Counted from the stretch's first letter, positions 1 through 12,504 are shown. The stretch is 64,000 nucleotides of DNA from Fistulifera solaris (GCA_030295235.1 AP026123.1:62001-126000); one strand, 5' to 3'. Translations and numbers: made by a program. Notes: generated by a model from the letters alone, not told the origin.

Positions 1-310
1 TACTATAGACGAACGAGTGGACGATATTGGGGACACAGGAGGTGTCAATGGTTTTGGAAAAGTTCCTTTTGTGTTGCAATCTCCGCGTGTTGTTCGACCC
101 AGCGATATGGAACTGCGAAAGAGAGAACGAGAGCTATGGAGTTCGCTCATCAACGATGCTGCGTGATGACGAGTTCCTTGTATTGTGCGAACATCGTCTT
201 ACGAATACGTTGAGCTTCTCAACCTTGCACTTTTACTTACATGTTCGGCATCTGTGGAATATCTTTTCGGACTGGGGAGGATTCATCGATAGCCGTCTTT
301 CGCTTTTTGA
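1..310 (-). CDS. Possible spliced coding fragment running off the window start; product unknown
   Basis: Minus-strand GTAAGT...TTCGCAG intron (~113-240) joins an open frame (DESSPVRKDIPQMPNI-SISLGR...TPPVSPISS); start codon not identified. Confidence 0.25.
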
Positions 311-477
311 ACTGGTTGGACGTTAGTGGGGCAAACGTTTTCCATAGTGCTGGCAATGGCACATGGATCTTGTCATCTACTCTTGTTCACTGTTCTACGG
401 TTACTTTGTAATCAGTGGACTATAAAGTTTTTATTTTATTGCCTGATATGACGGATTCGGCTTAAGCTTACTTCCTC

Positions 478-3313
478 TCAGATTAAAAAGGTCCTTTCGG
501 TCATCGACTCTAGCAAGAGCATACGAGTGCCTTCGAACATGATACTACGGACGGAACAATTCCATCCAACCCGATCATCGATTCTAGACTTTAAATTCGC
601 CAACGCCTGAGCAGATCTTTGTTTAGCGCTTTGCGCATTCATGGCAACTAAAATTTCAGCGGCAGGTTCCAGAACAATTACATCTGCTGCGTCGCCATTT
701 TCAGATTCGATGCGTAGACCAAGGCGATAGTAGTAGCTGTCATCGTCGGCCTTTGTAAGAATTTTGTCTATCGACGAAATGCTTGGCAACGACGGAATAA
801 GATTTTTGAGAAACACTCGGCCTGTAAAAATTCCATCGTCGTACGATGTAAGCAACTCTTGAAGCGACTTGCTTTGAAAAAGAGACACGGGAACGGGAAT
901 CGGCACATCGCCGTTTTCATTTTCAATCTCCTCATAGGGAAGGATCCCGCTGTCAGAGTTTCGTTCTTCACCACGGCGTGCATCATGTTTCCTCAATAGA
1001 TCAGTTACCTCGTAGCAATCGTCAGGTATCGGCGTCACGTGCGTCACACCTCTACTGTAGGCAACCGTCAAGCAGGTCAACTTATTATATTGTATACTGT
1101 CATCCCAGGCGTTCCGCAAGCGAAGAAAAGTACCGGGTTGCAAGTCTTTAATTTGTTCCCAATGAGGATCTTCCCAAACAACAACATTCACCACTCTACC
1201 CGTTACTTGAGTTGGGGGATCAAGACCCAATTTGCGACAAGCAGCTGCAAGTCGAGTTAAGACTTCAGGTGGGGGTCGCCATCCTCGTTCTGTTCACCAA
1301 TTGGGTTAGGATCCGAAACAGGAATTCCGGTTCCGTCCCAAACACGCAAAAATCCCCTAGGAACATTGCCAATCAAGTCTCCGGGTGGCATTGAGTAAAC
1401 CCCAGTAATCATAACAGAAAAGTCGCCCTTAAATCCAGATGAGAGTGTCGAAGACGCTTGTGGGACATGCAGATTCGATAATGTACACTGGTATTGGCTT
1501 CGCAAGGACGGGAAGTTACGCTACCATGTTCAAACGCGATATGTGAGACGATAACATGATCACGAATACCAATAGACTCATCGTTCAACAAATTGATCCC
1601 ACGAACCTGTCGTTCTTGTCCCCAAAGCCAGAGTCGTTCCATTTCCTTCTTTTCACTTTCAGTCGTCTCTGTATTTTGACTGGCGACATAGGTCCATTCC
1701 CACACACCTTCGCTTTGTTCTTCTTTCCGACAAACAACAAAAGAGCTTTGCTTCAGTCCAGTCAGCTGTACACTGCCTCTATGTTTCTTCACTTCGAGTC
1801 GATGCATCCGAATCACGTCACCGGCGAGCCGAACGTGTGGAAAGTGATGCTTGCCAACACCAAAAATATTTATTGTCACGGGCTGCGGTTCATCTTCCAC
1901 ATTGCTTGGTGCAATGCTCTCATCTACTAAACTAACCGTCATCATCCAGTCTGATTCTTTGAGCTGTCGCGCGGGCGTAAAGGAAAGAACTACCGCCATC
2001 ACATCACACAAGCATTTCTCACTTCGATCTCCCGCATGGATGCTTTGATAACTTTCGTATTCTGCATCCAAATCACTCTATTCAATTACAACCGTGAGTA
2101 TAATGTTTCAACAACGCATCGATCGCGAAGTTATCGAATCAATACGTACCAGCTTGAGGTAGGTAGAATCCGATTGCGATACGACCTTCAAGGGCCGCTG
2201 CTCGGCCAAGTCACAAAATGGACTGTCTTCGATCCTTACAGGCTCTACTTCCACACCATGCTCTTGACACGGAGTAAGACAGCTGACATGCTCAATAAAC
2301 TCCAGTCTGGAACCTGTCGCAACATAGATTTTCATATCGGGGTGATCAAAACCAAAATTCATTACTTCATTGCCTTGCTCGTCCGTAAGCTTCATTTTCG
2401 AATCCCTATCGCCAATGCAGAGGCAACACTCTGACATATCGTGCGCTTCGTACCAGTCAGAGGCGGGATAAGGAAACACACACTTGTGTGGGACATTCTG
2501 AAGACTGAAATAGAGATGATCCGTCTTTTGTTGGCGAAAAATGGTAGACAAGGCTTCCGCGTACTTTCCGTAAAAGAAAACATGAATTCGTTGTGCCTTG
2601 ACATAATCCTCTTCCAAGAATTCAGCTCTCAGTCGCAATGCACTCATATCATCTTGAACCTGTTTCATTTCGAAATTGACAACAATTTTATAGCAAGACG
2701 AGAGCGGTCCATCTTCTTGAAATCCTCCCAGGGTTAATCGAGGCCAGTTCGGCGTCGAGGTATGAAGATACATGGGATGCGAAAGCGCATTCGAAGCGGA
2801 TTGAACGCGTTGTGTCTGTCGAACGGCAAAGCGTTTCTCTGCCTTACAAAGCATGAGATTCAAGCTTTTCGCCATCAAGTCAATGTCGCAAATTCGTTCG
2901 GCGTGATGATGAGTCTTGTGTATTGACGGAACGCGGATTTGTATGTTTTCTGGAGGGTAATGTTGCTGCTGTTCCGTTTCTAGCAGGATTGCGTTGTTTT
3001 GCGTTTCCAATCGAGGTGATTCAGGTTCATCAAATGCGATGATTCTCGAAGGTTGTCGAGGGCGAGACGGTTCTACTGCTATATGCTGATCTTGAGTCGA
3101 AAATCGTAGTGTCGAATAAAACAAAAGAAATTTCTCCCGCATCTCTTTCCATGTCCCATAATCACCACTATCCGCAAGCTGACTGAGTGGAGCATTGTCT
3201 AATGATTCTTCTTCTACCGTTTTTGTTTCACAGTCCCTCAAAGAGGTATTGTAATCATTTGTGTAAGCTTTACTCTGTAAATGATCGCGAAAGAATGAAG
3301 CCAAGCCAGACAT
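478..3313 (-). CDS. POT1: POT1-like telomere ssDNA-binding OB-fold protein with long N-terminal extension
   Basis: OB1 motifs (DVMAVV..F..PARQ, DWMMTVSLVDES, INIF, P.VRLAGDVIRMHRL) and OB2 motifs (FLRVWDGTG, LQPGTFLRLRN). In-frame introns 2078-2149 and 1521-1606 join the ORFs; one frameshift in a C run near 1272. Confidence 0.8.
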
Positions 3314-3671
3314 TTCCTTTCTGCAGTATCTTGCCCCTCTACAATAGAAGTCTTCTTATCCTTGCTAGGCTTTCGAAAGATTGTTTTGATATGTTATTCG
3401 GCTTTGAAATGAATAAAAATAACAAGTACTCCGCATTCGAATAAAATGCGATCGATGATCGATGATCTTTTGCGCGTGAGGCACAAAAACAAAACCAGGA
3501 ATATTTGTGAAAAGAGGAAAAGACAGTGGAAAATTCAGTGGAATGTCAAACTTTCATTCGGACTTTAGGTAATTAGGAATAAATATTTAGGATTGTGTTA
3601 GTGTGGTCGAAAAAAGGAAAGAAAATGCTGACTAAACTGCAGTTGTGGAAAAACGGAGTGTTTATTGTGTT

Positions 3672-5330
3672 GACCAGCCCAGAATTTCTCTATGATCTGA
3701 AATAACTTTTCCAGAATTTCTGGAATTTGCACTTTCTTTCGTTATGATCCCAAACACAGTTTCCAGATTTTTTGGAACGCGTACTTCCTTCCGTTACGCA
3801 CGTCAACATCGTCGCCAGTATTTCTGGAACGTGCACGGCATTTCGGTAGACTCGAAAACAACTGGTCCAGAATTTCTGGACCAGCACAGAATTTCTGTAT
3901 GATCTGAAATAACTTTTCCAGAATTTCTGGAATTTGCACTTTCTTTCGTATGGATCGAAAACACAGTTTCCAGAATATCTGGAGTGTGCACTGACTATCG
4001 TTAGGATCGAAAGGATTGCGTCCAGGGATTTTGGAACGTGCACGGCATTTCAGTAGGCTCGAAAACAACTGGTCCAGAATTTCTGGACCAGCACAGAATT
4101 CTCTATGATCTGAAATAACTTTTCCAGAATTTCTGGAATTTGCACTTTCTTTCGTATGGATCGAAAACACAGTTTCCAGAATTTCTGGAATTTGCACTGA
4201 CTATCGTTAGGATCGAAAGGATTGCGTCCAGAGATTTTGAAACGTGCACGGCATTTCAGTAGGCTCGAAAACAACTGGTCCAGAATTTCTGGACCAGCAC
4301 AGAATTTCTGTATGATCTGAAATAACTTTTCCAGAATTTCTGGAATTTGCACTTTCTTTCGTATGGATCGAAAACACAGTTTCCAGAATTTCTGGAATTT
4401 GCACTGACTATCGTTAGGATCGAAAGGATTGCGTCCAGAGATTTTGAAACGTGCACGGCATTTCAGTAGGCTCGAAAACAACTGGTCCAGAATTTCTGGA
4501 CCAGCACAGAATTTCTGTATGATCTGAAATAACTTTTCCAGAATTTCTGGAATTTGCACTTTCTTTCGTATGGATCGAAAACACAGTTTCCAGAATATCT
4601 GGAGTGTGCACTGACTATCGTTAGGATCGAAAGGATTGCGTCCAGGGATTTTGGAACGTGCACGGCATTTCAGTAGGCTCGAAAACAACTGGTCCAGAAT
4701 TTCTGGACCAGCACAGAATTCTGTATGATCTGAAATAACTTTTCCAGAATTTCTGGAATTTGCACTTTCTTTTGTATGGATCGAAAACACAGTTTCCAGA
4801 ATTTCTGGAATTTGCACTTTCTTTCGTATGGATCGAAAACACAGTTTCCAGAATTTCTGGAATGCGCACTGGCTATCGTTAGGATCTAAAAGATTGCGTC
4901 CAGAGATTTTGGAACGTGCACGGCATTTCAGTAGGCTCGAAAACAACTGGTCCAGAATTTCCGGACCAGCACAGAATTCTGTATGATCTGAAATAACTTT
5001 TCCAGAATTTCTGGAATTTGCACTTTCTTTCGTATGGATCGAAAACACAGTTTCCAGAATATCTGGAGTGCGCACTGACTATCGTTAGGATCGAAAGGAT
5101 TGCGTCCAGAGATTTTGAAACGTGCACGGCATTTCAGTAGGCTCGAAAACAACTGGTCCAGAATTTCTGGACCAGCACAGAATTTCTGTATGATCTGAAA
5201 TAACTTTTCCAGAATTTCTGGAATTTGCACTTTCTTTCGTATGGATCGAAAACACAGTTTCCAGAATTTCTGGAATTTGCACTTGCTATCGTTTGTTAGG
5301 ATCGCGAAAAGATAGCGTCCAGAATTTCTG
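3672..5330. repeat. Tandem satellite, 207-bp higher-order unit of four ~52-bp monomers, ~8 units
   Basis: Units start (TTAGGATC) at 4001, 4207, 4414, 4621, 4879, 5085; monomers carry GGATCGAAA-like motif, palindromic TCCAGAATTTCTGGA and GCAC. Confidence 0.97.
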
Positions 5331-5587
5331 AATGACGAGACGTCGTTTTCATTTTGATTTATTCAGAAAATCTGACTCACTTGTCTAATAGTCTACAAGA
5401 AGTATTTAGGAAACGGTGATTATTTGCTCTTGCTCGCTACCATTTTTATATAATAATGATGTATTTGACCATCAGAGACATTAATCTATTGGCGAAACAC
5501 CACATCGATTAATCTTATTTGTAATTTCCTACGGTTGACAATAAATTCCCTCTTTATAAAAGTACTTGTCATGTCTAAATAATCGCC

Positions 5588-7086
5588 TTACTGATGTTGA
5601 AGTGGCTTGTTCGGGTCACGCTCCATGATATCCTGTACATACTTCAACAGCATAGTGTTAAGTTTCTCCTCCGTATTGAAAACAGGGTTGATTTGACCAG
5701 GCTTCATGTTCGAACAAAGATGATTGACATCGCGATGTTCGGCTTCATCGGCACGCACCGCGTACATCAGATCAAGCACGCTGCCTGTCTCGCCTAGTTT
5801 CCAATAAGCGCGACCAATGGCGGGGGCCAATTGTGTGCGCCATGCTGCCAACTCGGTTCCTTCGGGTGCCTGTTCAATCGCTTGAATGATTTTCGTGTAT
5901 GTGGAGCAAGCTTCTTCTTCAACATATCCCACAAAGCGATGGCAAAAATGCGGAGAAATCATGTAAGCAAGAAGAAAGACGGAACCGAATCCAAACTGAC
6001 CTCCCACTACGGCAGCACTAGAGGAGTGATTTGAAAGTCGCAAAGAGGATTCGCACAAGTGAGAAAAAAAGGAATGCATTTCGTCAACAACTGAACCTAA
6101 GGCGTTACGAAACGTACCGAAAGAGAGCATTGGGGTTCTTCATTCGTACAAAGGTAAGTAGATGCATGCGTTCGTTGTTGGCTTCGTCTAAAAACATTTG
6201 AATCATTCCACCATCTCGTTGCATGGTACGGAGTGACTTGAAGTGACGCACAATAGCGGCAACCATACCAGGGACAGCAGCAATCGTTTCGAGATAGATG
6301 GTGCGATTCATGACCTTGGTGGGTGTAATTTCTCCGTTCCAACCGGTCGCTGCATCAAAGGCCAGACGCACCCCTTTGACCGCATTGTACGCCAAACGAT
6401 CCACGAAGGTCTCTGGAGGAGTGTGTTTCAATTCAATGTTCCAGTCCATGTTTCCGTGGCTCTTGTAAAACAAGTACTCGTTTCCACAAGAACCCAGTTT
6501 TAGGGGATTGCCCGATTCGTCCAACTCGACGGTATCACTTTCCTGACGTTGCACAACACGATCGATGGCTTCGATGAAACGATCAAAGGAGACACTTCCT
6601 CCCGATTTTCCGGCGTAGAATAGTTCACCGATTTCGACAATCTCGTCTTCAGTAAAGGCGCTATTGTGTTTGCGCAGAAGTTGCTTCCAGTTCATCCGTA
6701 TCGATTCTAGAAGGAAAATGAAGCCGATGCGTGAGACGAAACGAACGCAGGCGTGATGCGAGGCATAATTTCTTGACTTACCGACCGTCGGAGTTGCGAT
6801 CTACGGCGTTCAATTCTTTGAGGATGTTCTTTACTGTATCCATATTCAGAACACGAAGCTTCTTTGTAACAGATCCGGGCGTTTGTACGACGACAGCATC
6901 GTCCAAGGCAGCCGTGCTGAAGAATTTCGACTGAACCATCAAGGGGCTCTTCCATCCTTGCTGAAGATAGTTACTGGCCTGACTTCCAATTGCGGAATAA
7001 ATTGCTTTCTCATGCCCAGCAGCAGCCGTTACCACAGGACGGAGAAAACGAGGAGCCGAACGACGCAAACTTGTTGCTGCAATCAT
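5588..7086 (-). CDS. AOX: Mitochondrial alternative oxidase with N-terminal EF-hand
   Basis: Diiron motifs LETIAAVPGMV, EANNERMHLL, FVGYVEEEA, RADEAEHRDVNH; Arg-rich transit peptide; EF loop DRNSDGRIDTDE across intron 6707-6781; second intron ~6019-6117; extra G near 6688. Confidence 0.93.
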
Positions 7087-8203
7087 AATGTGTTGCTTTG
7101 TTTTCAATGATGCTATCAGCGCGATTGCTAATAACAATTAATATTCAAATCAAATGGTTAATGAAGATTCTTTCAACAATGTGAATGAAATATGAAAATG
7201 ACTTTCAAACAACAATCCCAAAACGCCGACAAAGAAAGGAATGCCAAAAAGCGAAGCCTCCGAAGGTAAATTAGAAAGAGGCTGTTTTACCGGATATGCC
7301 ACGTCAGATCGGAGGAAGTATCTACTGTTTACCCGATACAGAAAGTGATGCAGGCGCGGAACAGTCTACACCTTCCATTATTGCCCAATCCGCAAGATTC
7401 AGAACGAGTGAGACGTGCAGGAAATGTGGACATGGAAAGTGAGGACGACGTCAGACCAAAAAATGCGAACCTTTAGCCCAAGCATAGTCTCTTCTAGCTC
7501 ATAACTCATAACTCATCCTGTGGCGACAGCAAACTAGAATACTCCGTTATATTAAGTGAATTGCTCTGGGAGTTTATTTTGGGTATTAAATTGTCGAAAC
7601 GCTAACCAAGGAAATGACACGAGGAAGTGAATCAGCTGTCGAGAATGATGCAATACCGTACCGTACCTGATAAAGGCTAATAAACATTGAACCCTAGAGG
7701 TTCCGGGCTCATGTTTGAAATAGACTTGCTTGTGTTGTAGCAGAGAGGATCAGATCAAGTCAAGGCTCCAGATGATGCTGATTAAGTTGGATTTGCAACG
7801 CAAGGCTTAGCTGCACTGTTGCTTGCCTGTTGAATACTCAGTATACAGCGAAGTGTAGAGGGCACATTGAGTCAGGAGTGATTCAGTCCCGGGAAGTAAA
7901 CAACAAATAAAAACATTTAACTCGGAACCCCAGACAAAATTGCTCAGTTGGGCCCTAGTGGCTCTAATCTGTTCTCAACAACTGCTATAAAGGCTCTTCT
8001 TATGGACGGACATGCTTCGTTTCTGAATAGAAAGAAGGTACCAGGCGCATGAGTGTCTTTACCTTTGCCGTCACGTCGAAAGGATGAGACGGGAGCAATC
8101 TATCTAATTGCTTTACTTGAATAGATGATTTAATTGTTACAGAGTGGCTCTTCCTTCAACTCTAGTTTCGTTCCTTTATCTTTCAGAGTCCTTTCTCGCA
8201 CCC

Positions 8204-8646
8204 TCATCCTTTGAAATCCGTCGACGACAACTTAGATTGACCTGCTAGTATATTAGAAACTTCCGAAACCGACACTTCGTCGTCCCATGTTGTTACACTG
8301 ACATCTCCGAATCGATCGTATACTTGAACTTTGAAAGCACCCTTGAGTTTTCCTTCCGTATTCTCGACAGCGTATAGAATTCGGTAGTTCATTCCGGCGA
8401 CGACTTGCTGAAAGGATTGAACCACGCGAAGACGTTCTTCCGAAGTCTTTTGCAGTCAAACGAATAACGCTGGCTTTGCAGTGGGAGTTGTGTCTGTACG
8501 TATTCTGTGACACCCTGCAGCATGGGGTTTTCTTCCGGCTTTTCAATTTCACTAAATCCACCCACCATGGCACAGTTCGAAGAGGAGGTAAGGAAGGATA
8601 GAAGCAGCGTTATAATATAAACAAAACGATACCAAAGATTGGTCAT
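8204..8646 (-). CDS. Secreted cystatin-family cysteine protease inhibitor
   Basis: Signal peptide, MVGG start of mature domain, QQVVAGMNY (QxVxG) motif; frame change near 8425-8460. Confidence 0.8.
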
Positions 8647-8934
8647 GATGCGATATAAATGAATAAAGAAAGATAATGAAGTTGCAAAGGCAATTTGCAG
8701 AAGACGTAGAACGTAGAAGCGACACGACGGACGACGATCGAATTCATTCCGAAAGCTGAAAAGCGCGCGGTGTTCTCTCGTCCTTCCAATCCCACACGAG
8801 TCCCGAATAGTATGTACTTTGTACTTTGTACTTTGTAGTCAACACACTAGGATTTAATATTTTTTCCTTCCGTATTACTGGTAGGTCTACGAATTATCTG
8901 ATAAAATAATAATAAAGCCCAAGATGATTTTACA

Positions 8935-10440
8935 TTATTCAGTTGGATGCACGTAAAACAGTGCCGCCGTCAAGTAATTCCCTGCCGGCCACGAAATCGG
9001 AGACTGCGTATGACAAGAGGCTGCCCCGGATACTCTCAATAGCGTTACACGACGATGAGCTGCTAGTGCAGCTCCTTGTACCATATTCAAAAAGGCCTGT
9101 CCGCCTTCTTCTTGTGTCATGGCAGCGGAGCAAGTACAAGTCATGAGGTATCCACCACTTTCCGCTACGACCTTGATGGCATCACGATTCAGTGCATGAT
9201 ATTTACGCCGCGCCTTGTCGAGTGACGACACGGATGGAGCCAATTTAGGAGGATCCAGAGCAACAATATCCCAGCTTCGCTGACCATGCATGTCTTGCAA
9301 GAAAGAAGTGATATCAGCTTGCACGCATTCCAGTTCCACTTGATTCAATTCTGCGTTATCAGCGGCCGCCTTGACAGCATCCGCACTCGAGTCAACTGCC
9401 GTAGCCGCTTTGGCATTGCCCTGCACCAATGCTGTCAAGCTAAAGCCTCCATGATAACAACACAAGTCCAATACAGTCTTGTCTTTTGCCAAGGACGCTA
9501 CATGCATTCGATTCTCGCGCTGATCGCAGTAGACACTCGTCTTTTGCCCTCCTTCATACGGATACGCAGCAAATTTGACTCCATTCTCTCGATAATACAC
9601 CACCTTGTCTTTTTCCGATAAAGATTCTTGCGCTTCGCTCAATAACAATGCCAAACGATGATTCGTCGTATCTTGTCCATCTTTCGTAGCTTGACTCAAG
9701 CCATCTTGTTCCAAACGACTCGGTGTCGTCCTCCAAACTAGTTGAACATCAGGGCCCAGGGTTGCTTGTATTTCCGATTGTATAATGTCCCGATGCACTT
9801 GACACCACAAGGCCGAACTCATAATGACGGCATGTTGTGACCCAATGACATCAATGGCCAATCCTGACAACGAATCACCTTCTCCGTGACAAAGACGGTA
9901 CGTATCGGTTAAATTCCAGTCGATCAATCCGCCTTGTCGAAGTTGGAGTGCGGAACGCAAATGATGTCGGAGAACGACGCGGAGTGCTTCGTCCGGATCG
10001 GCTTCTTTGCTTTGAATCATTTTGAAAAGAGACGGCTGAACATATTTGTGACAGAGAAATCGGATTCGATATAAAGAATGCGGATTGTAGACTCCATATC
10101 CGAGTACTTCCAACGAGGAACCCTGTTCACGTGGGACGGCTACTTGCACCAATTGCCCAACTTGGATATTTTGAGAGGAAAGGTTATCAATGGCTTTTGT
10201 AAAGACGAGTTGATTACCATCTCGGAATGACCTCGATTGCCGATTTCGTTTCAAAGTAATAAGAGGGAGAGAAGAATTTCTCGAAGAGGATTTAGATGAA
10301 TGAGAAGAAGAAGGAAGAGGTTGTGTTGTTGCGAAAAGCCGAACGGCAAATCGTCGGTTTCCGACGTTTGTCGAAACGGCGAATCCTTGACAAGACGAAA
10401 CCAACAAACACAATTGCAGCATGATAAGTCTTCTCTTCAT
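8935..10440 (-). CDS. RlmI-like SAM-dependent rRNA methyltransferase, probably plastid-targeted
   Basis: PUA-like N-domain, YRLCHGEGDSLSGLAID, GQKTSVYCDQRENR, VLDLCCYHGGF, LDPPKL, TCTCS; signal peptide ending CQG-F. Confidence 0.88.
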   Translation of the reverse strand: MKRRLIMLQLCLLVSSCQGFAVSTNVGNRRFAVRLFATTQPLPSSSHSSKSSSRNSSLPLITLKRNRQSRSFRDGNQLVFTKAIDNLSSQNIQVGQLVQVAVPREQGSSLEVLGYGVYNPHSLYRIRFLCHKYVQPSLFKMIQSKEADPDEALRVVLRHHLRSALQLRQGGLIDWNLTDTYRLCHGEGDSLSGLAIDVIGSQHAVIMSSALWCQVHRDIIQSEIQATLGPDVQLVWRTTPSRLEQDGLSQATKDGQDTTNHRLALLLSEAQESLSEKDKVVYYRENGVKFAAYPYEGGQKTSVYCDQRENRMHVASLAKDKTVLDLCCYHGGFSLTALVQGNAKAATAVDSSADAVKAAADNAELNQVELECVQADITSFLQDMHGQRSWDIVALDPPKLAPSVSSLDKARRKYHALNRDAIKVVAESGGYLMTCTCSAAMTQEEGGQAFLNMVQGAALAAHRRVTLLRVSGAASCHTQSPISWPAGNYLTAALFYVHPTE

Positions 10441-10837
10441 GGTAATAAATTGTAATCGCAATGAATGGCTTGTTGTAAAGCTATGCTCAATATTCGCTAG
10501 AATACATCATTCGTTTGATAGTTTCTTGATGTTTCGTTTCTTTCATTTTTTACGTGGTTTTGCAATGAAGCGTCTGTAGGTCAACTGTACATGACATTTT
10601 CACTCCGTTGTGAAAAGACTACCAGGTACAGTATGAGCAATATTTGCTCTTGTGTCCTGTGTCCGTGCGGTACAGACATTGCTGGGTGTGACGCAATCGC
10701 GTTTCTTCGCGTGCTTTTTGCGTTGCGATGAGAAGACACAACATCGGGAAAGCAATACAAAATACAAAGTATCTGATTGCATTGCATTTTTTCAATAATA
10801 GTCTTTCTTTCATTCAAATATGCTTTCACAACGGAGG

Positions 10838-12390
10838 ATGCAATCCATTGTGGCGTACTTGTTTGGCTTGACGGCTCTCGTGTACAGTTTTTCGCCGTCA
10901 CAAATGCACCGTACCCATCGCATACGATCCTCACAATTGAATGTAGCAAATGCCTTGTCGTTAAACACAACTCCATTTCCATCTTTTGAGGAAGGAATCA
11001 AGATACCGAAAGTAGGAGTTCTTCTATTGAATTTAGGAGGACCGGAAACGAGTGATGATGTTGAAGGTGGGTAAAAAACGTGCTACTTCTTACTCATCGC
11101 AGTCGTTTCGATCCCTCACACGTACTATTATCATCATTTCTGCCCGTTTCAATAGGATTCTTGTTCAATTTATTCGCTGATCCTGATATCATTCGATTAC
11201 CTGCACCACTAGCACCATTGCAAGGCCTTATTGCCTACTTTATTTCCAAACGACGTGCTCCGAAAAGTCGGGCTGCCTACGAAAGCATCGGAGGAGGATC
11301 ACCTATTTTAAAATACAGCAATGCACAGGCCGATTTGCTGAAGCAATCACTTTCGAAACGATACGGCTTAGATGTACAAACATACATTGGAATGAGATAT
11401 TGGCATCCCTTCACCGAAGAAGCACTCGAACAAATTCGCAAAGATCAAATTGATGCTCTCGTCATTCTGCCGCTCTATCCTCAATTCAGTATCAGTACTT
11501 CGGGAAGTTCATTACGAGTGTTGCAAGAAGAATTTTCAAAAAATGCACCACAATACGGGAATTTAGTTCATACGGTGGTCCCAAGTTGGTACGATCGACC
11601 GGGATACGTCAATGCGATGGCCAATCTCATTCAAAAGGAGCTTGATTCGTATACTCCAGAGGAGATTAACGAAGCGTTAGAGGCCGCGCCCGATCAAAAA
11701 CCGTTGCATGTTCTCTTTTCGGCGCATGGTGTTCCCAAATCGTACATAGAAGCGGGAGATCCCTATCAGAAACAAATTGTTGATTGCGTCGAACAAATCA
11801 AAGCAGTTCTGCCCAGTGATAATGTGGAAGTACATCTTTCCTATCAATCGCGCGTCGGACCTATTGAATGGTTGAGACCTTATACAGACGATGTATTGCC
11901 CGAGCTGGGAGACAAGGGAGTCAAGAACTTGGTAGTGGTTCCGATCTCGTTCGTTAGCGAACATATTGAAACATTGGAAGAGATTGACATTGAATATCGA
12001 GAATTGGCGGAAGAACATGGGGTCACAAATTGGCGGCGGTGTCCGGCGTTAAACACGGATGAGGCTTTCATCGCCGATATGGCTGATCTAGTCTACGAAG
12101 CCCTTCAAGAACCGGCGCAGAGTGTCACAGAAGCTTGTGTGGCCAACAGTGTCTCTGAAATTCGCTTGGAGGATGACATTCGTATGGCTGGCGTGCAAGG
12201 AGTTGGTGCGGAAAGTCCTGTTGTGAGTAGTGCGCGAAGTAGCCTGATGGCTCAACAAACCGGCGGATTGCAATTCACGGAACGAATCACTGCCCGCGTG
12301 GCGATAATGGGTGTCCTCGTGACGATTTTATTGGAACTAGTCAATGGGAAATCGTTCATGCAAATGGTAAAAGGAGGCGGGATATTTTAA
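10838..12390 (+). CDS. hemH: Plastid ferrochelatase with C-terminal CAB-like helix
   Basis: GVLLLNLGGPE, MRYWHPF, LPLYPQFS, FSAHGVP, YQSRVGP.EWL.P, FVSEHIETLEEID; intron 11067-11155; bipartite presequence. Confidence 0.96.
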
Positions 12391-12504
12391 ACATTGTCAT
12401 AAAGTTACAATAATGTTAATTTTTAACGAGAATTTCGAAAGCTTGACTGCATACAAAACTTTATTATGAATACCGTAGGCAATCAAGCGAAAGACATTGG
12501 AGAG

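Noticed and set aside
3690..5282. Repetitive ORFs (up to 341 aa) in the satellite
   Set aside because: Product of a 207-bp unit divisible by 3; frames swap at 1-bp indels; no protein-like composition
3672..5330. Telomeric or telomerase-related repeat beside POT1
   Set aside because: No TTAGGG-type tandem tract; TTAGG occurs only once per unit; the adjacency may be chance
7690..7960. Possible MITE (GGTTCCG...CGGAACC) upstream of AOX
   Set aside because: Only ~7 bp of perfect inverted match and no TSD
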